Shown in pieces: positions 10,249 to 20,517 of a DNA stretch of 64,000 nt; position 1 is the stretch's first letter; each line of letters begins with the position of its first letter. The notes under the pieces were generated by a model. That model was not told the DNA's origin. It saw only the letters and a list, made by a program, of their open reading frames with translations, and made no database searches. The position numbers were made by a program, and so were the translations under genes. The stretch lies in NCBI RefSeq assembly GCF_002087085.1, contig NZ_MWQY01000006.1:1-64000 (forward strand), given 5' to 3'.

Positions 10249-10818
10249 TTATTTTCTCAGCTCCAGGGCAATTCCCCTGGACGACGCTGATTTCAGAAAT
10301 ACTTCCTTTGCCGTCCGTGCCTTCTCTTTCTTCTCCCGGAGCTTCCTGCCGGCGTTTTCCACGTCCCCGACAATACTCTTCAACTCTTTCAACGGCAGTA
10401 AGTTGACCGCAAGGCAATAAAAGCTCTTCATTCTGCCATCGTTAAAATCCGCAATCAATTTTTCCAGGATCATCTGTTTTTCCTTTAGATCATCCAGGTA
10501 TTCAGAAAGATTACGTTTCGCTTTTTCCATGTCGGAAAAAACGTTTCGTTTCGTTATAAAGGAATCCTTCTCCACGGGTATGGCGTATCGTTCACAGGGA
10601 AACCCTGCGCACTCATGGCAGAATTCAGTGTTATCGTGCTTACGGCTGCAGGTAATAACGGAACAGGCGGGATGTTTTTCGTGGAAATTGCTTCCGCCGC
10701 AGCCGGGACATCTGGATGAACCTTCGGTCTGGAAGCGAGGACACAGAACGCAGTTCAGCCCGCACAGGGAAAACTCCGGATATTTTCTGGAATACTCTTT
10801 CACACAAAACCTCCCCAT
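10249..10818 (-). CDS. Cys-rich DUF3795-like putative metal-binding protein
   Basis: CGLNCVLC, CPGC, C..ITC, FCHECAGFPC pattern. Start may be GTG 10803 (GGAGG upstream). Confidence 0.7.
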   Translation of the reverse strand: MGRFCVKEYSRKYPEFSLCGLNCVLCPRFQTEGSSRCPGCGGSNFHEKHPACSVITCSRKHDNTEFCHECAGFPCERYAIPVEKDSFITKRNVFSDMEKAKRNLSEYLDDLKEKQMILEKLIADFNDGRMKSFYCLAVNLLPLKELKSIVGDVENAGRKLREKKEKARTAKEVFLKSASSRGIALELRK

Positions 10819-10846
10819 CCGCTGACGAAGGACCCGATCGTCTTGT

Positions 10847-11629
10847 CTACAAAAGGTTTCGGTACTCCTGTTCTATATATTTTCTCAGCAGGTTGATAAA
10901 CCTCGCCGCAGGCGCACCGTCAACACTATCATGATTAAAAATGGAAGTAATATTGATGATTTCCCTGATAACAACCGCATCATTTCTTACAACCGGCTTT
11001 TTTACCACAGGGCCCAGAGCAAAAGAGACAGCCTTCGGACCTCCACTGTAGGGAATAATGTAGCCCGGCACATTCGTAACCATGCTTACTGATGTTACAA
11101 AAACCGTTCCGGAGAATCGCTTGACCAGATCGTGTTGTTTCAGTATCTGCCGGAACAGGAATACAACCAGAAAACGCGGGAGGCGGGAAAAGATTCTCTG
11201 CCCCAGCCGGGAACTCATATAGGTCTTCTCTTCACCGACTGCCGATTTTGCGGTCTCTATCTCCTCGTCTATTTCCCGTATAGTTTTATCATTGATTGCA
11301 CGCAGTATGTACTGCTTATTATACGTAACACCGTTCTGCATAACTTCAACAGGTATATCGATATCCACCTCAGCAAAGCGTGTCTTTCGGCGCACATTTA
11401 TCATGGAGTTGAACTCCGGCTGTTCATGCAGGCATCTTCCTATCGCCTTCAACAGAAATGAAAAAAGTGAGCCCCCTTCTCCTCTGCTTCTCAGAGCTCT
11501 CAGCTCTTTCCGTACATCCGTTACATCGAACTCCATAAGAGCGTAGAAATTATGACCGCCCTTAACCATATCAAAGCCGTAGATAGACAGTCGCCTGTAT
11601 TCTGATATCTTTTCCCGGTGTCCTTTCAT
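10847..11629 (-). CDS. Stand-alone 2-oxoacid dehydrogenase E2-type acyltransferase catalytic domain (no lipoyl domain)
   Basis: EFDVT, GTVFVTSV, NHDSVDGAPAARF (HxxxDG motif); only 260 aa. Confidence 0.75.
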   Translation of the reverse strand: MKGHREKISEYRRLSIYGFDMVKGGHNFYALMEFDVTDVRKELRALRSRGEGGSLFSFLLKAIGRCLHEQPEFNSMINVRRKTRFAEVDIDIPVEVMQNGVTYNKQYILRAINDKTIREIDEEIETAKSAVGEEKTYMSSRLGQRIFSRLPRFLVVFLFRQILKQHDLVKRFSGTVFVTSVSMVTNVPGYIIPYSGGPKAVSFALGPVVKKPVVRNDAVVIREIINITSIFNHDSVDGAPAARFINLLRKYIEQEYRNLL

Positions 11630-11765
11630 ATGTATTCCCTGTTTCTAAAAGAACGAACAATTCCATAAATAGTACCACCGCTCTACGTGCATTGTCGATG
11701 TTTTTACTTCTGCCCGTAACGCCTTCAAATTCGGAAGATTGACATCCTTCTGTTGCACCGGGACT

Positions 11766-11793
11766 TTGCCTTTAACTTGATTAAATATATAAT
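11766..11793 (+). promoter_or_regulatory. Candidate sigma70 promoter for the amidase gene
   Basis: TTGCCT-N16-TATAAT upstream of ATG 11818. Confidence 0.4.
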
Positions 11794-11817
11794 ATATATT
11801 AAGGACTATATTGAGAG

Positions 11818-12783
11818 ATGATGGGTAAACACCGTAATTATATGTTTATACTGCTTGCAGCCGTATTACTTGCGGCCGGCATTCTCCTTTTGAACGGCAG
11901 CTGCCAGAGTCCTGCAGCTTCTGCGCCCGAGCCGGACAGTACAGCTGCAGAAAATACGGTTCCCGGGGTAATTCCCCTGGAAGGGCCGATCGTGGTCGCC
12001 CTGCAGCCGGGTCACTGGAAGATCGACGAACTCCCGCCGGAAGCACTTCGCCGTCCGCGCAGTACAGGAGCTGTCCACGGAAATGTCCAGGAGCTCGACA
12101 TCAACCTTGCGGTTGTGGAGGCCCTGGTCCCCCTGCTGGAGGCGGAAAACTGGCGGGTCATCGTTGTTCCCGCGACGGTTCCTCCAGGGCTGCGGGCCGA
12201 CGTGTTTCTCTCAATCCACGCCGACTGGGGTACGGATCCGGCAAGAAGGGGCTGGAAGCTCGCTCCCCCCTGGCGCCCGAGCGTCGCTTCAAGCGAGATC
12301 GCCGAAGCCCTCAAGGAGTCATTCAGGGCCGAGGAGAGTCTGACAGAGGATGCAGACGGCGTTACCGTCGGAATGCGCGGTTATTTCGGATTCAGCTCCC
12401 ATCGCTACCATCACGCATCAAGTCCCTACACCCCTGCGGTACTTATTGAACTCGGCTTTGTAACCAACGCCGTCGACCGGGAACTGATGGTAACACAGCC
12501 GGAGTTCTTCGCCGGAATTATCCATCGCGGTCTGGAGAGGCATTTTTACACCCGGGGACGTTCCGATGTCGCATCCCTTGTTCCCAGGGAGTATGAAACC
12601 ATGGCAGTCGGTTCAGACGGGGCACACGTACGGCAGAGACCGGATCATTCGAGCCGCCTTGTCCGCAGGCTTGAGGCCGGCTCGTATATCTGGCCTGTTG
12701 ACGATACCGGGGACTGGTATCTGGTCAGACTCCGCAATCCCTTTCAGGTCGGATGGGTAGATTCAAGGTCGCTGGTAAATTAA
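11818..12783 (+). CDS. N-acetylmuramoyl-L-alanine amidase (Amidase_3) with C-terminal SH3b domain, exported or lipoprotein
   Basis: LQPGH, ELDIN, SIHAD, LIELGF Zn-amidase motifs; VRQRP...DWYLV...GWV SH3b. Confidence 0.85.
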   Translation: MMGKHRNYMFILLAAVLLAAGILLLNGSCQSPAASAPEPDSTAAENTVPGVIPLEGPIVVALQPGHWKIDELPPEALRRPRSTGAVHGNVQELDINLAVVEALVPLLEAENWRVIVVPATVPPGLRADVFLSIHADWGTDPARRGWKLAPPWRPSVASSEIAEALKESFRAEESLTEDADGVTVGMRGYFGFSSHRYHHASSPYTPAVLIELGFVTNAVDRELMVTQPEFFAGIIHRGLERHFYTRGRSDVASLVPREYETMAVGSDGAHVRQRPDHSSRLVRRLEAGSYIWPVDDTGDWYLVRLRNPFQVGWVDSRSLVN

Positions 12784-12815
12784 TGCATGCGGGAGTTCGG
12801 GCAGGTATCCTGGAT

Positions 12816-13907
12816 CTATTCTATCCGAACGAAACTGCCGTTTCGTACCGTATACGGATACAGTTCAAAACTGCAGTCACCATACTCATCAAAAATGTAA
12901 TCAGTATTTACACCGGAAAACCTTCCCTCCTCGAGGATGAACCCGAATACATCCCGGGGCCGATCTGGTCCCGAAGATTTTATTGCACCGGATAACAGGT
13001 AAACTGCATCGTAATTTACCATGGACTGATACGTGGGTTCCTCGTTGAATCGTTCCCTGTAATTTCCTACAAACCGTGAATACTCCGGATCATCCCCCAG
13101 GAATCCTTTTTCAAGATAGGTAACAACTCCTTCCACACTCCTCCCGCCGTTCTCGATCAATTCTCTCGATACACCCCAGGGAGACAGTAACAGCAGCTGA
13201 TCGAACTCATCGATGTGCTGATAGATATACGCTGTATCGAAGGGACTGGCGATAAGGAGAACACAGTCGGAAGCCTGCTCCCGTATTTTCCTTGCGATAT
13301 CGATGTAGGAGGGTTTGACCCTGCTGTCGAACCCGACCTGCTGAATCCGAATGGCAGGAATTTTCTCACTTATTTCAGCAGTAAACGCTGTGGCCATAGT
13401 ATCCGCGTAGCTCCGGTTGTTCTCATCATAGACGATGGTCGCGCTCTTTATCTGCTGCCTGATCGCGTAGTCCGCAAGATGATCGGCATACAATGATATA
13501 TTTACCGTCAGGCGAATAAGATTGTCATCAAGACCCTTCAGTTCGTCGGAGCTCGCAGTCCCGGAGAGTACCAGAACATTCTTACTGTTAATGTAATCCG
13601 CCGCCTCCAGATATGCCCCGCTGGTTGTCGCCATAATCAGATAGTCTATTCCCTCTTCAATTAACCCCTGTACCATCTCCAGGGTAACTTCACCCCTGCT
13701 GTTATCATCCCTGACGACAAGGTTTACTTCCCTTCTCTCCCGCGAATTTATCTCCTCCGCTGCAAGAAGGGCCCCGTTGCGGGCTGACTCCAGCAGAGGT
13801 GAATAGTTCCCCGTCAGGCTCACAACCATTCCCGCATCGAAGGATGACTGTTGCCTGGCGCATGCAGAAACCAGCAGTATTACCAGGAACAACGTAATTG
13901 TTCTCAT
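12816..13907 (-). CDS. LivJ/Peripla_BP_6-type substrate-binding lipoprotein (orphan)
   Basis: Lipobox VSAC; SLTGNYS...GALLAAEEIN; YDAVYLL; FSGVN...FDEYGD. Confidence 0.85.
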   Translation of the reverse strand: MRTITLFLVILLVSACARQQSSFDAGMVVSLTGNYSPLLESARNGALLAAEEINSRERREVNLVVRDDNSRGEVTLEMVQGLIEEGIDYLIMATTSGAYLEAADYINSKNVLVLSGTASSDELKGLDDNLIRLTVNISLYADHLADYAIRQQIKSATIVYDENNRSYADTMATAFTAEISEKIPAIRIQQVGFDSRVKPSYIDIARKIREQASDCVLLIASPFDTAYIYQHIDEFDQLLLLSPWGVSRELIENGGRSVEGVVTYLEKGFLGDDPEYSRFVGNYRERFNEEPTYQSMVNYDAVYLLSGAIKSSGPDRPRDVFGFILEEGRFSGVNTDYIFDEYGDCSFELYPYTVRNGSFVRIE

Positions 13908-13962
13908 TGAACATTCTCCGGTTTATTGTGTATCACCAGTAAGTCTACTATAATTTCCGGTA

Positions 13963-15657
13963 ATGCCGCAAATATCAGGTAAGAGCTTCAAAATCCATAT
14001 ATTCATCTATCTTGCCGGTTTTGTGATCCTGGCGCTTTTGATTGCCTTCTCCGCTCTCATCGCCACAAATAGAGTCTACCGCGATAATATCAGGCAGGAA
14101 ATCGCGATTCTGTCCAAAACTCTTGCCCAGACTGTAGATCGGTTCTTTATGCAGCCGGAAGAATATATTAAAGATGTGAGAAATCACATCAACCTTATTC
14201 ACACTGCTCCCGGTACACGGGATATCAATTGCTTTATCGATGATGTTCTCAATATTTTCAGCGGCTTCGACAGCATTTATCTGCTTGACCCTGACGGCAC
14301 CGTACTGGATACCTGGCCGTTTAATTCTGATCTTATTGGTATCGATTTATCGGGACAGGAGTACATCTCGACAACAGTTCTGGAGGACCAGGTTTACTGG
14401 TCAGACTCCTTCCTGTCGCAACAGACAGGGCTGCCGACAATCGCTTTGTCCCTTCGCAGCGACCAGGGGATACTGGCGGCATTTTACAATCTCAGGGAGC
14501 TGAGCAATTTCGTATCCGTGAGCTTCCCGGATCCCGACGAGTTCATTGCCATAATTGAAGGAGACGGCAATATAATCGGTCACACCTATCCGGAACGTGT
14601 ACTGCTGCTGGAAAACCTGGGCAATATGAACAGCTTTCGTCAGGCCAGGGCGGGGAATTCAGGGATCTCGGAAGATCGTTATCTCGATGTCAAAGGACTG
14701 GTCTCTGTTCACCAGGCCGAACACAGCGGATTCTATGTTATGGTCTTTAAATCCTATTCCAGAATATTCGGCAGGATGAACCTCATCTATTCGTTGTTAC
14801 TGCTCCTGCTTCTATCGGTTTCTCTAACCTTTGCCGTTCTTGTTCTAATATTGATCCACAGAGTGATGAGACCGATAGATGATCTGATCGATAAAATCGC
14901 CCAGGTCAGCAGTGGGTCCTATGACGTGGCGGTCCATTCCCGGTATTCCGAGTTTGACGAGTTGATTTCCAGCTTTAAGATGATGGTCAACCGCATTGAC
15001 GAACGGGAAAACGATTTACGTCAATCCCTGACAGACAAGGATACCCTCCTTCGCGAGCTCTATCACCGGACAAAAAACAACATGCAGATTATCGCCGGCC
15101 TGATGAGTCTGTACGGGAGAAAATACAGTCAGGAAGCTGTTTCCGGTTTTATCGAAGAAATACAGACCAAGATACAGGCAATTTCACTGGTACATGAAAA
15201 GCTGTACAGTACGGGCAATCTCTCGAAAATAGGATTGAAAGAGTACATTGAGGACCTGATTCCTCTGGTTGTTACCAGCTTAAGCAAGGGATCGGGATCA
15301 ATTCGGTACAACCTGGACATTGAAGATGTGAATCTTCTGATTGACTATGCTGTTCCCTGCGGACTGATACTGAATGAACTTATAACGAATTCGGTAAAGT
15401 ACGCTTTTCCGGATAATGCTGATGGCGAAATCACTATATATGCCGGAATCCGTGATAATATGCTGGACCTTCAGTACTCAGACAGCGGTACAGGTTTTCC
15501 GGAATCCTTCGATACCGGGAAGATTGAATCCCTGGGATTACTCCTTTTGAGCAATATTGTCCGGAACCAGTTGAGAGGAGAGATGGATATCAGCAGTCCA
15601 GGGGGAGTTCTGTACCGGATAAAAATACCCCTGGGATTCTATTCACCCAGGGTTTAA
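13963..15657 (+). CDS. Sensor histidine kinase (dCache, HAMP, HisKA_2/HWE-type)
   Basis: 2 TM segments; LLRELYHRTKNNMQII; LILNELITNSVKYAF; DSGTG; SLGL. Confidence 0.93.
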   Translation: MPQISGKSFKIHIFIYLAGFVILALLIAFSALIATNRVYRDNIRQEIAILSKTLAQTVDRFFMQPEEYIKDVRNHINLIHTAPGTRDINCFIDDVLNIFSGFDSIYLLDPDGTVLDTWPFNSDLIGIDLSGQEYISTTVLEDQVYWSDSFLSQQTGLPTIALSLRSDQGILAAFYNLRELSNFVSVSFPDPDEFIAIIEGDGNIIGHTYPERVLLLENLGNMNSFRQARAGNSGISEDRYLDVKGLVSVHQAEHSGFYVMVFKSYSRIFGRMNLIYSLLLLLLLSVSLTFAVLVLILIHRVMRPIDDLIDKIAQVSSGSYDVAVHSRYSEFDELISSFKMMVNRIDERENDLRQSLTDKDTLLRELYHRTKNNMQIIAGLMSLYGRKYSQEAVSGFIEEIQTKIQAISLVHEKLYSTGNLSKIGLKEYIEDLIPLVVTSLSKGSGSIRYNLDIEDVNLLIDYAVPCGLILNELITNSVKYAFPDNADGEITIYAGIRDNMLDLQYSDSGTGFPESFDTGKIESLGLLLLSNIVRNQLRGEMDISSPGGVLYRIKIPLGFYSPRV

Positions 15658-16022
15658 CCAGGACTTCTTATACTGCTGATCAGTTCTTTAAGCTTGACCG
15701 GTTTTGTAAAGACTGCAACAGGGTCCAGATCCCGGGATTTCTGTCTGCAATCATCCAAATCATACCCGCTCATGAATACAAACCGGCAGGAATGTCTTGC
15801 GGATATCTTCTGTGCCGCTGTAAAACCATCCATTTCTCCGGACAGTCGTATGTCCATAAGAACCAGATTCGGTCCGTATGTATCCGCATCCCGGATCGCA
15901 TCCTCTCCACTGGAAGCTACCGCACAAACAGTAAAGCCGGCATCTTCCAGACCGACCCTTAGCATCATTGATGTTATAACCGCATCCTCTACAATGAGAA
16001 TCGTTGTTTCATCGTCATTCAT
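15654..16022 (-). CDS. Single-domain response regulator
   Basis: ILIVED, LVLMDIRL, MSG, KP; 122 aa. Confidence 0.9.
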   Translation of the reverse strand: MNDDETTILIVEDAVITSMMLRVGLEDAGFTVCAVASSGEDAIRDADTYGPNLVLMDIRLSGEMDGFTAAQKISARHSCRFVFMSGYDLDDCRQKSRDLDPVAVFTKPVKLKELISSIRSPG

Positions 16023-16228
16023 GTGAATCCATAGCAGTAATTATAGTCTACCCCTATTCTAAATAAATCTCCGCATGGTGCAAGTATAAGAAAAAGCACT
16101 ATCAGGCAGTCCTGTTTTTCTGCTTGTCCGCAGCAGATATCTGCTGTAAAATTATGCAGGATTCTTTCCTGTTAAGCAGTGCATACAAGCAGGAGAGCCA
16201 GGACTGATGCAGCAGGTGGTTAATAAGC

Positions 16229-17197
16229 GTGCCTCCGTCTTTAACAGTTGAAGAAAAGCCTGTCCCCGGCCCCAATTCCTCTTTAAACCCGCAGACCAAA
16301 GTAATCCTCATAGTAGAAGACGAGGCAATCATCGCCCTGGCGGAAAAGAAGATCCTGGAAAAGGCCGGGTACACAATCCATACAGCCTGTAACGGCGAAC
16401 GTGCCGTGGAACTCACGGAAAGCCTTGAGAGAATCGATCTTATACTGATGGATATCGATCTCGGACATGAGCCGGACGGTACGGAGACTGCGGAACGCAT
16501 CCTCACCCGGTATGAAATTCCGATCATGTTTCTTTCGAGTCACACCGAGGCCGATATCGTGGAAAGAACCGAGGGTATCACCTCCTACGGTTACATTGTC
16601 AAGCACAGCGGAGATACGGTACTGCTTGCCTCCATAAGGATGGCTTTCAGATTGTATGAGGCCCGCAGGTCCATTAAAGAGCATATGGGTATGCAGGATT
16701 TGATCCTGCGGGTGAGCAAATGTCTTGCAGCAACCTCGGACCTGCAGACGATTCTTCAGATTGCCTCTGACAATCTGGCGAAACTCTCAGGACTGAACAG
16801 CGGCGCCATCTATACCCTTGATAATGCCGTCCTTACCCTGAGGGCAACCACACCACCCTTTACAGAGCCCCCGCCTGAAAAGTTCCTCAGAGCCCGGATA
16901 CAGGATCACCCCCATATAAATAACGCCCTGCAGAGACGCGAGGCGGTCTATATCCCGGATACCGGATCAGAAGCATTTACGGAGGAAGAGCAGGCCATTG
17001 CCGAGGGCAGGCAGTTGAAATCTATTCTCTATGTTCCCCTGCTTTCCCAGGGAAAGAGTATTGGCGTTTTTATAACCGGTGCAACCAGCCGGAAAACCTC
17101 AATAAAGAAAACAACCATTCTGCTTTGCGAAACTCTGGCCAATATAGCCGCCCTTGCGGCGGCGAACGCCCTCAATCAGTCGAACAGTACAGAGTAA
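16229..17197 (+). CDS. Receiver plus GAF domain protein without an output domain
   Basis: ILIVEDE, ILMDIDLG, FLSSH, YIVK receiver; GAF-like SGAIY...SILYVPLLSQGKSIG. Start uncertain. Confidence 0.8.
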   Translation: MPPSLTVEEKPVPGPNSSLNPQTKVILIVEDEAIIALAEKKILEKAGYTIHTACNGERAVELTESLERIDLILMDIDLGHEPDGTETAERILTRYEIPIMFLSSHTEADIVERTEGITSYGYIVKHSGDTVLLASIRMAFRLYEARRSIKEHMGMQDLILRVSKCLAATSDLQTILQIASDNLAKLSGLNSGAIYTLDNAVLTLRATTPPFTEPPPEKFLRARIQDHPHINNALQRREAVYIPDTGSEAFTEEEQAIAEGRQLKSILYVPLLSQGKSIGVFITGATSRKTSIKKTTILLCETLANIAALAAANALNQSNSTE

Positions 17198-17204
17198 GCG
17201 AAAC

Positions 17205-18244
17205 CTATTCCTTTATCCCCGCAACCCGGTTTCTGCCCGTCTGCTTTGCAAGGTAAAGGGCCTGGTCCGCCCGAAGGAGGAGATCATCCGGAGAATCCGA
17301 GGGCTGGACCTCGGTAACACCGAAGCTGCAGGTAATCTTCTGCTCTTTGAAGAAATCATGTTTTTCCACCAGGGCCCGCAGTTTCTCGGCGAGCCCCATG
17401 CCCTGCCGATGGCTGCAATTTGGAATTATGATCATAAACTCCTCGCCTCCCCAGCGGCCGATGGTATCCGTTTCGCGAATATTATTCTCCAGCAGCCCGG
17501 CGAAAGATTTCAGAACCTCGTCCCCCTTCTGATGACCGAAATTGTCGTTAACCTCCTTGAAGAAATCTATATCTGTCAGGATTACAGAAAACGTCTCTCC
17601 GTACCTGCGAAAGCGTGCGAGTTCTTCGGAGATCCTTTCATCAAGGCAGGCCCTGTTTTTAAGCTGGGTCAGCTTATCGGTAATTGACAGATCCGTAAGT
17701 TCCCTGTGGGTCCTGTCGTAGGCCTTCGAAAACTGCAGAACGACAAGGAAAACCGCAATCAGCTGTACAGGAACCTGAATCATGCGGTCGATATACTGAG
17801 CAGTCCGGGGATAGTCCCTTACCAGGGCGGGAAAAAATATTCGATTATAAGCAGTGCAGGGAAAACCAGTACCAGCAGGCTTATCAGAAAAACCCGGGTC
17901 CGTCCCTTGAACAGATATGTTATGGATACCACCAGAAGAAAGGTATAGCCCAGAGCATTATTATTGCTGCCTCCGGACTCAATGAACGCGTAGGGCAGAA
18001 AAACAGCAACAAGAAAAAGATAGAAAAAAAGCATACCCTCTGCGGCTTCGGATTTAACTCTATCCACAACAAAAGAAGCCGACGCAGCGGCAACCAACAG
18101 CAACCATTTGATACTCAGATACAGAGGAAAGCCCGCAACCAGGTTCCCGATTATACTGATAACTGACAGAGAAATACAGAAAATGAGAAGTATGGAATAC
18201 AGGCGCTGTTCAATTGTCGAAAAAAAGGAGGTTCGTCTCATCAT
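17205..18244 (-). pseudogene. Membrane-anchored diguanylate cyclase split by a 1-nt frameshift
   Basis: ORF 17819-18244 (TM segments) and ORF 17205-17783 (DIDFFKEVND, RWGGEEF, ADQALYLAK) join into one frame if one base is added in the A6 run at 17832-17837. Confidence 0.8.
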
Positions 18245-18364
18245 CTGCTCACCGGCGAGTTTATACCCAGTATAGACGACCCGGATTAATTGTCAATCGA
18301 CCCGGGTCTGTACAATGCCTATTGACACTGTTACCAAAATATTAGCATTAGTAAAACAGAAAAG

Positions 18365-19441
18365 ATGGAAGAAACCTTCAATCTCCTGAACAACGCCTCA
18401 TCCCAGTTCGAGGCGGTTCTGCCGGAAATCGAGGACCTGAAAAAGGTCGCTGCCAATCCCGACGAGAATCGTGACACACGGATCGAAGCCTTCGAAGATA
18501 TCATCGCCTCAGAAGTCGGAGACACCCCTCTGGTCAGGGCCCGTAACCTTGAGCGGGAGGTGGGCCTGCGCCAGATCTTTCTCAAATTCGAGGGAGGCAA
18601 CCCTTCGGGGACCCAGAAGGACAGGATAGCCTTTGCCCAGGTCCTGGACGCCCTGCGCCGGGGGTATGACACAATAGTCATCGCCACATGCGGAAACTAC
18701 GGCGCCGCCATGAGTTTCGCCTGTTCCCTGGCAGGGATACGCTGCAGAGTCTACATACCCGAGAAGTACCACACCAACCGGATTGAAGAGATGCGCAAAT
18801 TCGATCCCGAAATTATCCGGGTCCCCGGGGATTACGAAAATGCCGTGGAGGTCTCCTCGACAGACGCCCGGCGTCTCGAATTCTACGACGCCAACCCCGG
18901 AGGAGACAATACGGACCTGCAGATCCGGGCATACGGTTCAATAGCAGAGGAGATTTACGATGAACTGCGGGACGCCCCAGCGGTGATCTCCATTCCGGTC
19001 TCCAATGGCACAACCCTGGCGGGTATTTACCGGGGATTCATGAATCTCTACCGCCGGGGAAAAACCTCCAGGGTGCCGCGAATTTTCGCAGGTTCCTCCC
19101 ACGGAAAGAATCCCATTATCCGTGCGGTGGTAAAGAACCTGCCCCACTGCGAAGACCTCAATCCGGGCCGCATCAGGGAGTCGGTTACCAACGAACCCCT
19201 GATAAACTGGCACTCCATCGACGGAGAACAGGCCCTCATCTCAATCCGCAATTCCGGAGGCGTGGCTGGCTTTGCATCGGATAAGTCCATGCGGGATTAT
19301 TCCAGGCTCATCCGTCAGACCGAAGGCTTTCACGTGCTGCCGGCTTCCACCGCGGGACTTGCCTCGATGATCGAGTCTCATAAAAAGGTTCCCCTGGGGA
19401 ATGACCGCTATGTTGTTGTCCTTACGGGGAGAAAATCTTGA
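18365..19441 (+). CDS. PLP-dependent fold-type II enzyme, threonine synthase-like
   Basis: VGDTPL, KFEGGNPSGTQKDR (PLP Lys), ATCGNYG, PVSNGT, VVVLTG. Confidence 0.85.
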   Translation: MEETFNLLNNASSQFEAVLPEIEDLKKVAANPDENRDTRIEAFEDIIASEVGDTPLVRARNLEREVGLRQIFLKFEGGNPSGTQKDRIAFAQVLDALRRGYDTIVIATCGNYGAAMSFACSLAGIRCRVYIPEKYHTNRIEEMRKFDPEIIRVPGDYENAVEVSSTDARRLEFYDANPGGDNTDLQIRAYGSIAEEIYDELRDAPAVISIPVSNGTTLAGIYRGFMNLYRRGKTSRVPRIFAGSSHGKNPIIRAVVKNLPHCEDLNPGRIRESVTNEPLINWHSIDGEQALISIRNSGGVAGFASDKSMRDYSRLIRQTEGFHVLPASTAGLASMIESHKKVPLGNDRYVVVLTGRKS

Positions 19442-20517
19442 GCACACAAGCATTGAACGCCATCGTCTTCTGCGAAGGGGCCTTCGCCACTACCTATGGC
19501 AAGACCGCCCACGGCCTCGTCCGCTTTACCCGACGCTACCGCGTATGCGCGGTAATCGATTCGACCCTGTCCGGCCGGGATGCAGGGGAGTTTCTGGATG
19601 CCAGGCCTTCGGGAATCCCCATTGCAGCCAACGTTGCCGAGGCCCTTGAAGCTGCGGAAAAAGCGGGACGGCCCGCGAGCCACTTTGTTGTGGGTATTGC
19701 GGTGGAGGGCCGTCAGCTTCCGGAGAGTCTTGTAACTGCCGCCTCCGAGGCCCTTCAGGCGGGACTCCATATCGATTCCGGGCTGCACGTGTTTCTCTCC
19801 GAATATCAGCCCCTGGCACAGCTCGCCGCTTCCCGGAGACTAAAAATCCGGGATATCCGGAAGCCCCCGGCCGTGGAGGATCTCCACTTCTTCTCCGGCC
19901 GCATAGAAGAGGTTGGCGCCTTCCGAACCGCAGTCCTGGGAACCGACTCGGCCATCGGGAAACGTACCACAGCATGGCTGCTTATCCGGGACCTCGAAAA
20001 GCGGGGACTATCCGCGGAACTCATCGGTACCGGACAGACCGCCTGGATGCAGGGAGCCGAGTACTCCCTGGTTATGGACTCCCTGATCAACGACTTTGTC
20101 GCAGGCGAGATAGAGCACGCAGTACTCAGCGCCTGGGAACAAAAACAGCCGGCACATATCATCATTGAGGGACAGGGGAGCCTCATGAATCCCGCCTTCC
20201 CGGGAGGCTTCGAAATCCTGGCCGCCGCGCGGCCCCACTTCATCGTACTGCAGCATGCCCCGGCACGCAGGGAATATGACGGGTTCCCCGGATATCCGCT
20301 GCACCCCCTGGCCACCCAGATTCAGGCTCTGGAGCTTATCTCAGGAAAAAAGGTTATCGCCATCAGCGTGAACCATCAGGGTATGACGCGGGAGGAGGTA
20401 CCCGGGGTGTGCCGCAGTATCGAGAATGAGACGGGACTCCCCTGCTGCGATCCCCTGGTGGACGGGTCCGATATCCTGGTTGACGCCATCCTCGAAGCGG
20501 CAAAATCGTGCAGATAA
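19438..20517 (+). CDS. DUF1611-domain protein (DgcN-like N-acetyltransferase family)
   Basis: GKTAHGL, GLH, GTDSAIGKRTT, GTGQT, IEGQGS; 4-nt overlap with the upstream gene. Confidence 0.85.
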   Translation: MSTQALNAIVFCEGAFATTYGKTAHGLVRFTRRYRVCAVIDSTLSGRDAGEFLDARPSGIPIAANVAEALEAAEKAGRPASHFVVGIAVEGRQLPESLVTAASEALQAGLHIDSGLHVFLSEYQPLAQLAASRRLKIRDIRKPPAVEDLHFFSGRIEEVGAFRTAVLGTDSAIGKRTTAWLLIRDLEKRGLSAELIGTGQTAWMQGAEYSLVMDSLINDFVAGEIEHAVLSAWEQKQPAHIIIEGQGSLMNPAFPGGFEILAAARPHFIVLQHAPARREYDGFPGYPLHPLATQIQALELISGKKVIAISVNHQGMTREEVPGVCRSIENETGLPCCDPLVDGSDILVDAILEAAKSCR

